Of a stretch of DNA of 64,000 nucleotides, positions 1-12,300 are shown one piece after another (position 1 is the first letter of the stretch; each line of letters starts with the position of its first letter). A model generated the notes under the pieces. The model was not told where the DNA came from and made no database searches. It was given only the letters and a program-made list of their open reading frames with translations. The position numbers were made by a program, and so were the translations under genes. Source of the stretch: Auanema rhodensis (taxonomy: Eukaryota; Animalia; Nematoda); assembly GCA_964057225.1 (NCBI GenBank), contig OZ059895.1:16368001-16432000 (forward strand), read 5' to 3'.

Positions 1-22
1 ATTTTACAACTTATGTTTAAAG

Positions 23-1529
23 GCCAGGCGCGATGGATAAAAAATGGGCTGTGATGCGTGCATCTGCTGTGGAAACTCTTACAACTGTTTACCTTGCAAA
101 TAACAAACCTAATTGGAAGACCGTTTGCTATGATTCTATTTTCACTGGTCTAGCCGAATATACTGAAGATAATACTGGAGATATTGGACGAAAAGTAAAT
201 TTTTATCAGAGTTAGTTATTGTCTTCTTTTGTCTTTTTAGGTTCGCGAAATTTCGTTGAGATGTTTGTCAAATATTCTGATTCATCCCACCACTACGTTG
301 GAAGAAAAAAAGCAATACATTCCCATTTCTGTCGGTAAGATGATCCAACAAAGTGCGGAAAGAATAGGCGGAACCCGTCAAGTTTGTGTCAAAGGTTTCA
401 ACAGCCATTTACATATGGATTATAGTGTGCTTGTGAAGCTATAAATGCTGTAATCAATTGTGCAGCGACTAGATCCTTTGTTCCATTTGTTTCCGATCTA
501 GATCTGCTATACAATGACAGTTCCTTATTCACACATGTTTGTTTTTTGTTAGAGATAAAATCATCGCGATTTATATTCAGGATAATGTTCTAACTACACT
601 AGCTCCTCTGTTCTTCTGTGATGTTTATTTCAAGCATTTGGTACACGGACTGATGATTTCTGCTGGTACTTATTTTGATTTCTTGGACCATTACTAATTC
701 AATTCCATTACAGGCGGTCTAAGTGATGTAACTACTAAACATGCTTCTCAAGTATTATTGGAATATTTGAATATCATCTCAGATGATTTAGAGGCATGTT
801 TCTTAATTCTTAAATATAATAATTCTTTAAGTATGTTTTAGTTGGTTGAAAAGCTATTCCAAACAATTGCTGATATCTTAATTAGAGGAATAAAAGTAAC
901 ACGAATGAGAGATTGTGTTTTGCGAGTCCTACCACAGGTTTGTCAAATACTTATTTTAATAATTTTAATTTTTTCGATCAATGATATATAATTTTTAGTT
1001 GTTGAGCAGGTTACCTGATAACGTCGAATATATTGAGAATTCGGCATCCATTTCAAAAATTTTGGGAATCACGGAAAAGGTGGTTTGATTTAATTCTTTT
1101 CATGAGTTTTTCATTTGTTTACAGATTATTCATTCTCCCTCAGGTGCTCCTTTCCGAATAAGGTTAGGATTAGAAGCTTTCTCATCCCTTCTGGCCCTTC
1201 CTTACTCTTCCAAGCTGTGGATTCAATCAGCTCGATTAGTAAACTAATAAATTTAAAAAACTTCTTAACGATACATTTAGTTGGCTGATACCTTATCTAA
1301 TCAGATGCCAGCTATTCGTAGGGCAGCAGCTGGCTCGCTCTATGAAGCTCTTTTTGTACTTGACAACATTGATGAAGAGGTAAAATCAGCCATTTTTGAT
1401 TTTGTAAAGTTTCCTTGTTTCTAGCTTTTGGATATTTTATGTCAGACACCTTGGCACGATACAAACAGCGCAGAATTTTTTGAAGAAAAGGGTTCAAGAG
1501 TACAAGAGTTATTATGTAAACTAACATAA
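23..1529 (+). CDS. tbcd-1: Tubulin-specific chaperone D, 3' part (multi-exon; 5' end outside the window)
   Basis: Spliced translation LAEYTEDNTGDIGRKVREISLRCL...QQSAERIGGTR...GLMISAG matches the TBCD C-terminal DYTxDxRGDVGxxVRE and QQxxEKIDRxR motifs. The last exon reads TPWHDT...LLCKLT, TAA at 1527-1529. Confidence 0.85.
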
Positions 1530-1758
1530 AAGCTCGTATATTTAAACTGTTGGTGTATTGCTTGTGATGTTTTTTTGATCTCACAACCAATGTAGGTTGG
1601 CTTTTTTGTTGTCAAAAGTTGTTTTTTATCTTGTTTTTTCAAGTTTTATATTAAATGGGATTTATATACATATTATTAACAATATTTTTCACAATGGCTT
1701 TTCCATAATAGGGTATATCTCGATTAGAGTTAAATTAGAAACATCAATAAGCATTTAG

Positions 1759-4177
1759 ATGAGTGATCTTATTAAGGAGCTTAGAAGTATATGTATTACG
1801 GGAGAAGCTACTGCTTCTGCTATTTGTAAAAAATACAAGTTAGTTTACAGAACATTAATTTGATGAATCAAATAAAATTTTAGGGATTTTATTGGTAAAC
1901 CCGTAAGTGAAGAAGAAATACTATCGGCTCTTCAATCTAAAGAGTTTAAAAAAAATGATATGGTACATCATCTGCGCATTTTTTAAAATTTATATATTTT
2001 GTCAGGGTTTATATAGATTGAGCAACTATGATAATCTGGGAAAAACTAAAGAAAATATTGATTTAAGTCAACCTCGAGGTGATTAAATGTTGAATGTTTC
2101 TGAATTTATCCCAAATGTTTCAGGCAGGAAGTTAGGAAAACATATTTTTAATTTACCAAACAAAAGTAAGTTGCAATGAAACTTTGTTTGACTATGTTCA
2201 AGTTGTAGACAGTGTAATGGGTCAAAATCAGAATCGCTTTGTTGTTGGTAATAATGATAGAAGCCATTCAAGTAATCAAAGGTAGTGCATACCATATTTT
2301 AGAACCCTAACAACAAACTGGTATACGTTTTAGATATTCAGGACCGCCACGGCAAGCAGTTTCTAATGGTTTATTACGGAAAGGCAATTTTCTTAATGAA
2401 AAACTATTTAGGTAATCCTTTCAACAATGCTAAATACTACAATTCTCCACCCCCTGGTCTGGCAGCTAATCTACCTTCCCCAATTAACAAGCCGCTTGGC
2501 ATGGATACTCTGCCAACAAATGGCTACACCCAAAGTTTTAAATCATTAGAAGTATGTTCCAAAATAATTAGTTTCCACTATTAATTGAATACTACTAAAT
2601 CAAGGAATCAGTAGAAACAATTATCGATCGTCTAGGCCATATATTTCCTAAAGGAATGGACAGTAATGAAATCGCAGATTACTTCCGTTCTGAGCTACGT
2701 GATATTGAAGAGGCTTTAATAAGACATCCTAGAATTTTTTATGAAGAAACTTATGTTTGTGTTTATCTTGTGTTTTTCAACGATCATATATTCTTAGGAA
2801 TTCAATTTTATATTTTATTTCAAGCCGACTATTCCAAATGAAGAACACATAAAGGTTTGTCATGCTATTCAACGCATGGTGAGTAAAGACTCATAATATC
2901 CTATATGCTGCCAATTGAATTTTGAGGCTGAATTAATATTGAAAGAGGCAGGGCGACCTCTTCATATCGAAGATTTAAGTAACCGTATGAATGTGATTAG
3001 TCCAATTTTTGAAAACCCTGTTTCTGCTGTTTACGATGCTATTTCGAAAGCTCGATCTTGCAGCATTGGAATTGAAGGGCATGTACCAGGTTTTCTTATA
3101 TTATAAAATAACATTGTGAATTACCGTTTTTTATTATAGATGTACACTTGTATTATAACGATAGTTCGAATTTGAAAGCACCTTATAGGAATATGTTGAG
3201 CTCTACTGAGGGCAAAAAGCAGAAGGTGTCAAGATGTTTGGAGCTTATAGACCAAATGGAAGGTAAAACATAGATTTCTTAGTCAAATATGCCAAGATTA
3301 CTGTATTTTAGACGAAGTCAATGCTAAGGACTGTATGAATTTAACAGAAAAAGATATCATTAGCTTCTCTCAATATATTGATAACTGGGCTGAAGTAGGA
3401 ATCTTATGACTTCACATAACCACTATTTCTTTATCTTTCAGGTTATTGTCGTAGATTTTAAAAGTTTATGCAACTTCTCCATAAGACTACGTGATAATGA
3501 AAGAAATTTCGAGTTAATGAATCGCTGCTTACAGTAATTATGAGTAATTCATATAATTTCGATGTTTTCTTTGTTATAGAATTGATTGCAACCGAAATCA
3601 GCCTCCACTACTACTTCGCCATGCCATCACAGGTCAGTTTATAGCTTTTCGGGAAAACGGGGAGGACTATTGGCAGAGAGCGAAGGTTTTAATTGGAGGA
3701 AGAAGCAATATAGTATGATCATATGATTTTATTTGATTTATTTGATTTTGTTTTAGCTTATACATTTGCTTGATTTTGGTGTCAGTCGCTTTATTGAGGA
3801 AGGCGATTCAATTATATCCTTGCCTGCTGATTATATCTTGAAAGGCTTTGCTTTTCCTTGTAACATTGAAATCAATGATGTACCTGTAATACTATCCCAA
3901 CCTTTAACAAAATCAGTAAAAAGCAATATTGTAGGATGAAACTCTGGACTACACTGAAAATCTCGTTCATAATATTCTTAGTCAAGGAGGTTCTGCAAAA
4001 ATTCTCCGAATAAACAGCGTAAACGATCTAAACTCTTGTCTATCTTCTATCTTAATGCAATTTCAGACTAGTTCATCTCACGGAGTTGAACTTAAAATGA
4101 TGTACGAAAAAGGAACTATAAGCTTGCCGTCGCATTTTCACGATTTGTCTAAACAACTTAAACATCACACCAACTAA
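1759..4177 (+). CDS. LOTUS (OST-HTH)/winged-helix + extended Tudor protein, TDRD5/TDRD7/LOTR-1-like
   Basis: The N-terminus MSDLIKELRSICITGEATASAICKKYKDFIGKPV is LOTUS-like. Two further wHTH-like segments lie at about 2605-2754 and 2927-3082. The Tudor core GQFIAFRENGEDYWQRAKV...LLDFG...IISLPADY...AFPC is at about 3630-3865. Stop TAA at 4175-4177. Confidence 0.7.
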
Positions 4178-4204
4178 ATAAAATTTATACAATTTTTTAT
4201 AAAA

Positions 4205-7200
4205 TTAAATTGATTCTTCTACAATTTCTGTACAATGCTCAAGCTTTTCCTTATTAATAATTAATTTAAGTGGAAGTTTTTTGCCCGTATTAGAGTAAAT
4301 GACTAGTTCTGATATGGCAGATGCAAATAGTTGAAAATCGTCAGTATGATGTAAGATTGTAGAACAGCCTGAGAGGAACGAGTATTCGCATATTGAATCT
4401 TTCTTCAGATCTAAAATTCTAGAATTATTTCTGGGAAAATTTTCAAAAACTTACTGTTAAAACGGTGACTATTCGCAATTAGCACACAGGAAATTAAAAA
4501 ACCAGTATGTGAAGGAAATGAAGGTGATGAATATAAATTCAATCGAGGTAAAACAATACCAGTAATTTTGGATAACAGTGAAACAATACGTACTTCAGAG
4601 CATAGATTAGATAAATCTGAGAACATGAACCTAGAAAATAATTCGTTCAAAGCAGAAAGCTGGACATATACTCACCTATTGGAAGCTTCGAGAGCACTGA
4701 ATAATTGAGTTGCTCTTAATCGAGCATGCTCTCTCTTAGATTGAATCAAAATTGACTGGAGAAGAACATATTGGCCAATCTGAAGCACATGATATATGAA
4801 CTATGATCTATTCGAAATCGAAAACTCACTTTAGCTACTAAACAAGGTAATTCTACGTCTGCCATTATCAATTTCATGAGAGATTCATATTTTTTGGAAA
4901 GAACAATAGGGCTTTCTATTAGAAAACCGCCAACAGTAGTAGAATACGATCTGGCAGATTTAGCAAGAGCTAGAAGATGAAGTGGTGATTTGACAATTTT
5001 TCGAGAGTAAGAACTAACCTATCAAACTATCCTCAGTTTCTTTAACAAGTTTATCTACGAAAACTTTGATTGAATGAATTGGTATCCATTTCTAAGCCGT
5101 AATACAAATGAAGTGGTACGTTCAAAAAATAAATTACCTCAATCATGTCAGAATATCTTATTGAGAAGCATTCTAAGTTTTTACGATCACGCCATACCAT
5201 ATCGTTTTCAGAATAACTTGTTTGCCTGAATGGTTTCATTTCAAGGTTCAAGATTCTTTCTAATTTCCAACTTACATTGGATCTGTTTGTTTAATAATAT
5301 AATTATAAATTATAGTAAAAGCTGGTAATGGTCCTGAAGGCTTCTTGGGCAATGCCTGATAAAATGAAATTGGTTACGAAGTTATGTAACATAGACACTA
5401 ACCATTGTTAAGTATTGTTCAGTTGTTTCCATATAATTTGACATTTCTTCTCTCCATAATTCATAACCATTGACACCAACATGCTCACACATATAGATGA
5501 AAGCTCTTTTAAAGTTGCTTAGGTTGTTCGTCAAACGAGAAAGAATAACGAAAATTGGCAGGTTAATCAGATATTTCCTATATAGAACTTACTATCTAAA
5601 CTTAAATTTTTCTCCTTTTGTTCCTTTTCACTTAATGATAGCAAGTTTGGAAACTCAACTCGTAGTTCTCTACGAATTCCTTCTTCAAGTAACTCCTTCA
5701 AATATAAAAATTTCAATAGAGTTAACTATAAGACATATTGTATAACCTTCGGATTAATGTCTATTGTCCCAAGTTTTGTGATCGATAGCCTAGATATACC
5801 AATACTCATATTCGAAATGCTATATGTAACTTCAGATAGTTTGAAATTCTCAGTAAAATCTGCCATTTCTCTGACCTGTAACAAGAATTAAAAAGAATTA
5901 TTTTTTGCCGATCGACCATACCATCGTTTTGTCAATTGTAGCTGCCCATTCCTGTTTAACTTGAGGAACAACTTTCTCATGAAGAACTTTAAACAAATGG
6001 TTTGGAATCGACTGAAGGACATTTCTTAACCGACGCTCCAAATAACAAGAATATGCTCGACCAATTAGACTTAAGTGAAGAAGAATTACATTAACATTGA
6101 TTGAAGAAACAAACTCTTTTCTAGTTTCTGTTTGCAATGTATTGCTAATACTTGTAATCGATAAGGATAACTTGAAAAATAGAATTTGAACAAGCTGCGA
6201 ACGGGTAGATTTTAAGATTTTTTCTTGAATCTTTGCTAGCCATTTGTCTGAAAATATAAATTTGAGACAAAAAGATATTACTTGAAGAAAACCTATGAGT
6301 GACCACATGTAAGGTGAATCTGCTGCCTTGAATAAACGATCTTCACCTCCTTCCGTAGTAGCTAAACCTGCAGAAAGAGAATCGAGATTTTTCTTTACTT
6401 TTTCCAAGAAGTGAGCCATAGCTAGATTTTCGCCCAGATCTAGTACTTCTCCCACCTAAATCACAAATTTTGTCAGTTGCAAAAAATATTCTCAACTAGC
6501 TTGAATGAAACGACGACGAATTTGTTGTACCAACATACTATTTTCATGGTTTTCAAGATCCAGCTTTTCAAGAGTATCCTTAATCAGAATAAGCCACTTG
6601 TAAAGTTTTTCTAAATATATCTTAGATTAATGTCATTACAGTTTTCAAAACCTCGTTTTTCCAATTTGATAGCTTGAAATCCGGTATTGAATAGTTCAGC
6701 GACTTCATGAATAATATTACAAACTTCTTCTCTAATACTACCCAAACTACTCTGTCTTTGACGAATATACAGAGAATATGCCTTGAATTAGAAGTAATGA
6801 ATATTAGCACTATAAAACTTTGAAAGCAAACCTTTCGAACTTGGCTTTCAAATGAAGCCAATCTGAGTATAACATCAAGAGCTTTTTCTTGAAACTTCGC
6901 AGCTACACATATTTGCTGTGTATAATCTCTACCTAACCGTTCCATGGTTTTATCTTTAAAATTAAAAAAAAACCTATGAATAATCACTACAATTCGCAGA
7001 ACATACCTGTATGAAGAACCATCCATTGGTAAGCGCTGTTATATCTTTGAATAGTATCAATGTACAATTCAAATTTTTCTGGCTTAATATCTTTCTAAAC
7101 AATATATTTCCGATGCTTGATATTTGTAATATCAACATATTACCGTAAATACAGATGTATCACTGATTATATGAAACTGTTCTTTTGCCATCTCTTTGAT

Positions 7201-8345
7201 TTTTTCATTGGTAAAATGTCTATGAAGAGCATTGTTAGCTGCGGGGCAGTCAAACCATTCATCTCCTACTGAGACGTTAATACCTAATCCTAATGATATC
7301 ACCTAAACATAATATATGTAATTGAGAAGATTATGCTCATATACATACCCAGTTATCACGAAAGTAGTTTTCAACGAAAAACTTCATTCGAGCATGTTCA
7401 CCATAACGAACTTTGTGTGAAAACAACAAGCAGCAGAAAAGAGCTTCTTGTAAGTTATTTGATATTCTTTTCAAATTATTTTCCTTTTTCTGGATATATT
7501 GGATGAAATATAATTTTAAAAGAAGTAAATACCCTTCGATTAACTGCTTCAAAGAAATACAAACAATTTTCCACAAAACTTTGATCAATACGAACGCGAC
7601 TTCAAATGTATTTTGAAATATTTAATATTTGAATATTAACTTACTTATACATATATTCTCCCAAAATAATGTTATCAAATGGACTAATTTCTTGTCGAAG
7701 AAAATCAACTAGAAAATCTATATTCCTTCGCTCATCACTGAATATTAATAATATTTTTGTCAGTTTTTGGAAAGTCTACCTATTTCTATAAATAGCAATG
7801 TATAAACGTTCTCTTGTCCCTCCATCCAACAAACGGTTAAAGTAATATACAATCATTCCTACTTTAGCTAATGCTTCAACTTCAAGTTCCCTAGTATAAT
7901 CGAGAGAAGACGAATCACTATCTGGAGTTACTTGCTTTGTGTACCTTAAACGCGAACTTAAGTTTTTGACTTTAAATTCAAACACACTCTACAAAGCTGG
8001 TGAGAAGGTTTCCAACAGCTTGAAACAATATTTCAAAACGAGAAAGAACATCTCCATTCTGATTATAAAATTCAGTTTGCAAATTCTGAAACCATCCCAT
8101 ATTACTTAGTTTAAATCGAGTTCAACCTCATGCTTTGCTAGTTCTTTTTCATAATAATCAGTTTTTGAGAAGTACATAAAGTCGAGTAATATAGGTTTAA
8201 ATCGTGATTTCGAAGGATCCACAACATCATTAGGTAGAAAATCCAAGAGACGGAGTGTTTCAGCAATTACAGATTGACACTCATCAATAAAATTCAAAAG
8301 GAAGATATCGCATGCACCTTCTTCAGCCAATGTCAATTCATCCAT
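4205..8345 (-). CDS. WASHC5: Strumpellin / WASH complex subunit 5 (multi-exon)
   Basis: The N-terminus MDELTLAEEGAC...CQSVIAETLRLLDFLP...ILLDFMYF resembles strumpellin LAENNLCG..GNAIIAELLRLSEFIP..IIFDFSYF. Internal RERLYIAIYR and LLKKELRRELV segments fit. Last exon ends TAA at 4207-4205. Confidence 0.88.
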
Positions 8346-8681
8346 AAATATACTGAAAAAAACTTGTCTATGTAAACAAATTTTCAAAAAAGTCTATTTA
8401 TTATTAGATTTCTATTATATGTTTTAAAAGGGGTATGGGGGAATTCATTTATATAGAAACTTCGTAGGCGAAACCAAGGCGGAGGCACCAGTGCAGACTA
8501 TGTTCTAGTTTCAGTGCATACGTGACGGACGCAGTTGTATTTTCTAACATTCATTACGACTTTGATAACAGACTGCCTATTCCAACTTCTAAAGTGTCAT
8601 TCCCGTACTTTGCTATAGATTTTTCTCGTTTTATTTCTTTTAATGTGCTCTTGATAAGTTTTTTTACTTTAGTAGAGTAGG
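8346..8681. promoter_or_regulatory. Probable bidirectional promoter between WASHC5 (-) and cytochrome b5 (+)
   Basis: 336 bp separate the divergent ATGs, with a GC-richer core at about 8460-8535. Acceptor-like sites lie just upstream of both ATGs (TTTTCAG on -, TTTAG on +). Confidence 0.55.
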
Positions 8682-9241
8682 ATGGCTGCTGAACTTAAAA
8701 CTATTAGTAAAGAAGAGGTTGCTCAACACAACAGCAGCGATGATTGCTGGATCATCATGGAGAATAAGGTAAATTGCAGAACTTGTTGGAGTCCTTGAAT
8801 ATGTTTTTTACAACAACGTTCTAAGGTTTATGATGTAACCAAGTTCTTGTCTGAGCATCCTGGAGGAGAAGAAGTCATAACTGAGCTTGCTGGACAGGTT
8901 GATGAGTATATGATTACAAATTGAAAACTATCAGTTCAGGACTCAACTGATGCCTTCAATGACGTTGGACATTCTCGCGATGCCAAAGAAATGGCTGAGG
9001 AATACTTGATTGGTAAAGTTTCATTATTAATTCTTCGAACTTTTTGCTTCCAGGCATTTTGCCAGAGGATTACGTTCCTGCCAAGGAAGAACCTAAGCCC
9101 ACACCAGCAGCAGCCAAGCCTTGTGGATGCGGAATTATGGACATCCTTACCTCTCCCACCTGGTCAAACTTCTTAATTCCAACTGCTATAGGAATTGCTG
9201 TTTATGTACTTTACAAGGGAGCTATTAAAATGCTTGTTTGA
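8682..9241 (+). CDS. CYB5: Cytochrome b5, tail-anchored (4 exons)
   Basis: [29 protein letters not shown]|[17 protein letters not shown]...[12 protein letters not shown] carries the heme-binding HPGG and GHS motifs. C-terminal hydrophobic anchor [15 protein letters not shown]. Confidence 0.96.
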
Positions 9242-9395
9242 ATGAAATTTTACCTGTGATTGTCAGCTATTTACCACTTCTAAGAATAATTATCCCACTA
9301 TGTATTCTTGTTTTATGCAATTTGGTTGTTCCTAATACATTGAAACACTATGTTAGTTCAAATATAGTATTTTTAATCTAGTCTTCTTCAATTCA

Positions 9396-12300
9396 ATGAA
9401 TTGCTCGTTGAAGTACTATAACGGATTACAAAAAGAATATGAACTTAATGATGTCAATTCTGCCAAGGCCAGTGCATACCGACACAAGTAAGTTCAAATA
9501 TCATTTCTCTTAAAGGAAATACGACTGTAGACTTCTACACATTCTGCGAGAAATAGACGAGGATGAGAAGTGTACAGCAGAATTGGAACGGTTTTGGAAA
9601 AATGCATACTATCTTCCTTTAAGTAAAATTCGGGGGGTTAAAGTGAGTATCGTTATGTTTGGTTTCCCATTTTTTTTCTGGTTCAGGATGAATCTTGGCT
9701 TTCCACAATGATAAATGTTTTCAAAGGTGAACTTCATACTCAATTAGCTTGGCCAACAAGACATGTAGCTTTGTATAACCTATACTTAGGAGATTTGGCT
9801 AGGTATAGTGTTTATAATCGTAGATTTATAGCTTAAAGCTAATCAAATTTTCTTAGATATTCATCTTCAACCTCAACAATTTCATCACAATTAGCTTTAA
9901 TTCATTACAAGAAAGCTGTAGAAGCTAATCCTGATTTAGGACAAGCTTATAATCAATTAGCGATTCTGGAAAAGTCTCAGTTATCATCTATTAGGTGGGA
10001 GTTCTTATTTTGTAGAACATTGTATCATGTACTCTATATTTAGATATTTTATATTATCAATTAGTGCCGGAAACCCGTTTCATAATTCATTACCTAATTT
10101 AAAGAAAAAACTTCAACAGGAAACAAATGACCGTCTGCTGATTATTTTAAAAGATTTATTATCATGCGTTTTCGTTTCCTATAGGTTTTTTATGAACTTC
10201 TTCTTTAATTTTCATTGTATTTATTTTAGTTCGAACATCGATAACATAGGGGCAGAGTTAATAAAGAGGATTACTGCTGCTGAAGATCCTTTAGCTTTGA
10301 AGAGTTTACCTCTGATCATGAATACTCTAGTTCTTGCCAGTAATAGTCCGGAAGAATATTGTAAAGATTAGTTTGAGAAGTATGAAATATAGTTTGAGGT
10401 TTCAGCAAACTCTTTCCTTAAACTATCTTCCATTTTATGTGATTTGCTGCTGTATTTAGTTAATAAGGTTGCTTCATATGATGAAGAAGTATGTGATTTT
10501 TCTTCATTTCCTCAAATTATTTTTCATTTATTCAGGAAGAGATTGTTGTTGCTCAACGTAGAAAAACAAACCACACTGAAGAAGATGATTCCGATGATAA
10601 CGACGATGGTGATTATAAACGTAATGTAAACACGGAAAAGGCCAATGTTAAAGTACTGCAACTTTTACAATTTTCGGAAACAATCGGAATATTTTGATTG
10701 ATACTTCAGGAATCAAAGAAGAATGCAAATGTATGGCCACTATCAGTTTCGTGTGAATGGCTTCTGGTAGTTTATCCAATGCTTGAAAAGTTTAAAACTA
10801 ATAATACTCCTATACCGGCAGCATTGAATGTTGTAAGTTTAAGCTCTTTTATAATTATGAAAGAAATGCTTATAACATTGTAGAATCTCGACCAATTTGT
10901 CAATAGACTGATGGAAAAGCTCAACAACCTCATCAAAACTTTGGATATTACCCTGGAGGAGGAACTTGAAGAAACTGAATGGTTATTAAATGGACCAATA
11001 CTCGGCAATACTGAGGAAAAGTTTGAAACTCTTCTTTTGACTATATACTGAGAAATATATATTGTAGAGCTGCTCGTTGTCTGAGACAAGTTTCTTATTG
11101 GTCAGCAATTTTGTCAGCTTCTGACGTTTCTCCCATTGAATTTGCCGGATACTTCCGTCGTCGACGACAAGGTCCTTCAGGCAAACAGGATGTTTTTCGG
11201 AAAATGGCTGAGCTGCGCACGAAAGATTCTATACAAAAGGTCAGATTGATATTTCAACTCTATATGCTTGTGTTGTAATGAGATTAGAAAGGGCTAGGGT
11301 TAAAAATGTGATAAAAGTCGCCTCCAAGTGGCTTCTTAAGAAAAGACAGCAATTGTGTGCGACGAGCCGTGTTTCACACCATTTGATCGTCAATTATCCG
11401 TTGGAATTGTATTTAATGGTCCATAGCATATGTGCTCTAGACTTTCTGTTCTTCTTCTTCTTCTTCATCATCATCATCAACATCATCTTTTTCTTCTCTG
11501 GTGCGGAATGCGTTTCTTTCCTCATTCCGTAGCCATTTGTATTCTCTTTTCTAACATGTACTAGTCGTGTGTCCATATGTTAGGTCATTTGTCCTTTGTT
11601 CTAGGATGATCCGACAACTCGTTAGATAGCCATAGAATGACACTTTCTTTGTGCCAGATGCTTCTTTTCTCGAGTTTGGACAACATGCCAATAGTTTTAT
11701 AACTTAATTCAGCCAATTACAATTGATGCTTACAGCTTCCTTTCATCTTGTTCGGCAAAAGCTGAGATTATTCAGCAACTTGCTCTCTAAACTTGTAATT
11801 AGTATAGAAGATGCTCTTGCCACTTTTGACTGAAACAATAGCGAATAGGCTTGGATCCCTGAAACCGAAATATCGTAGAGTGTTATTGGAAATGTAATCT
11901 GTTAATCTACGACTATGTCGTACCTCTTAATCGTCCTTTGTCCTTATTTGTCCTTGTTAAGGCTAGTAGTTAAGTTATGCGCGGATGACCATAAATATAC
12001 TGATTGCCATATGTTTACCTTTGTCCTTCAACTTGTCGGAACTTTTTATAAAAGTGACGAATTCATCGAGCTACCTTCGGGCCCTTAACAACCCTTTCGA
12101 ACATAATCCAGATAAGAATGACGGAAGAAAAAGTTTGTAACTGCCCTTAGATCTCATAAAATTTAATATTTTCAATACGGAGATAAATTATGTAATTCTG
12201 GATGTAATGTTTATGGGCAAACCATCGCAGTTCCACAAATGGGCTAGGCATTAGCATCTGGCTGTTGTGGTGTGAATTTCTAAGAACTATTTTCTTAGAG

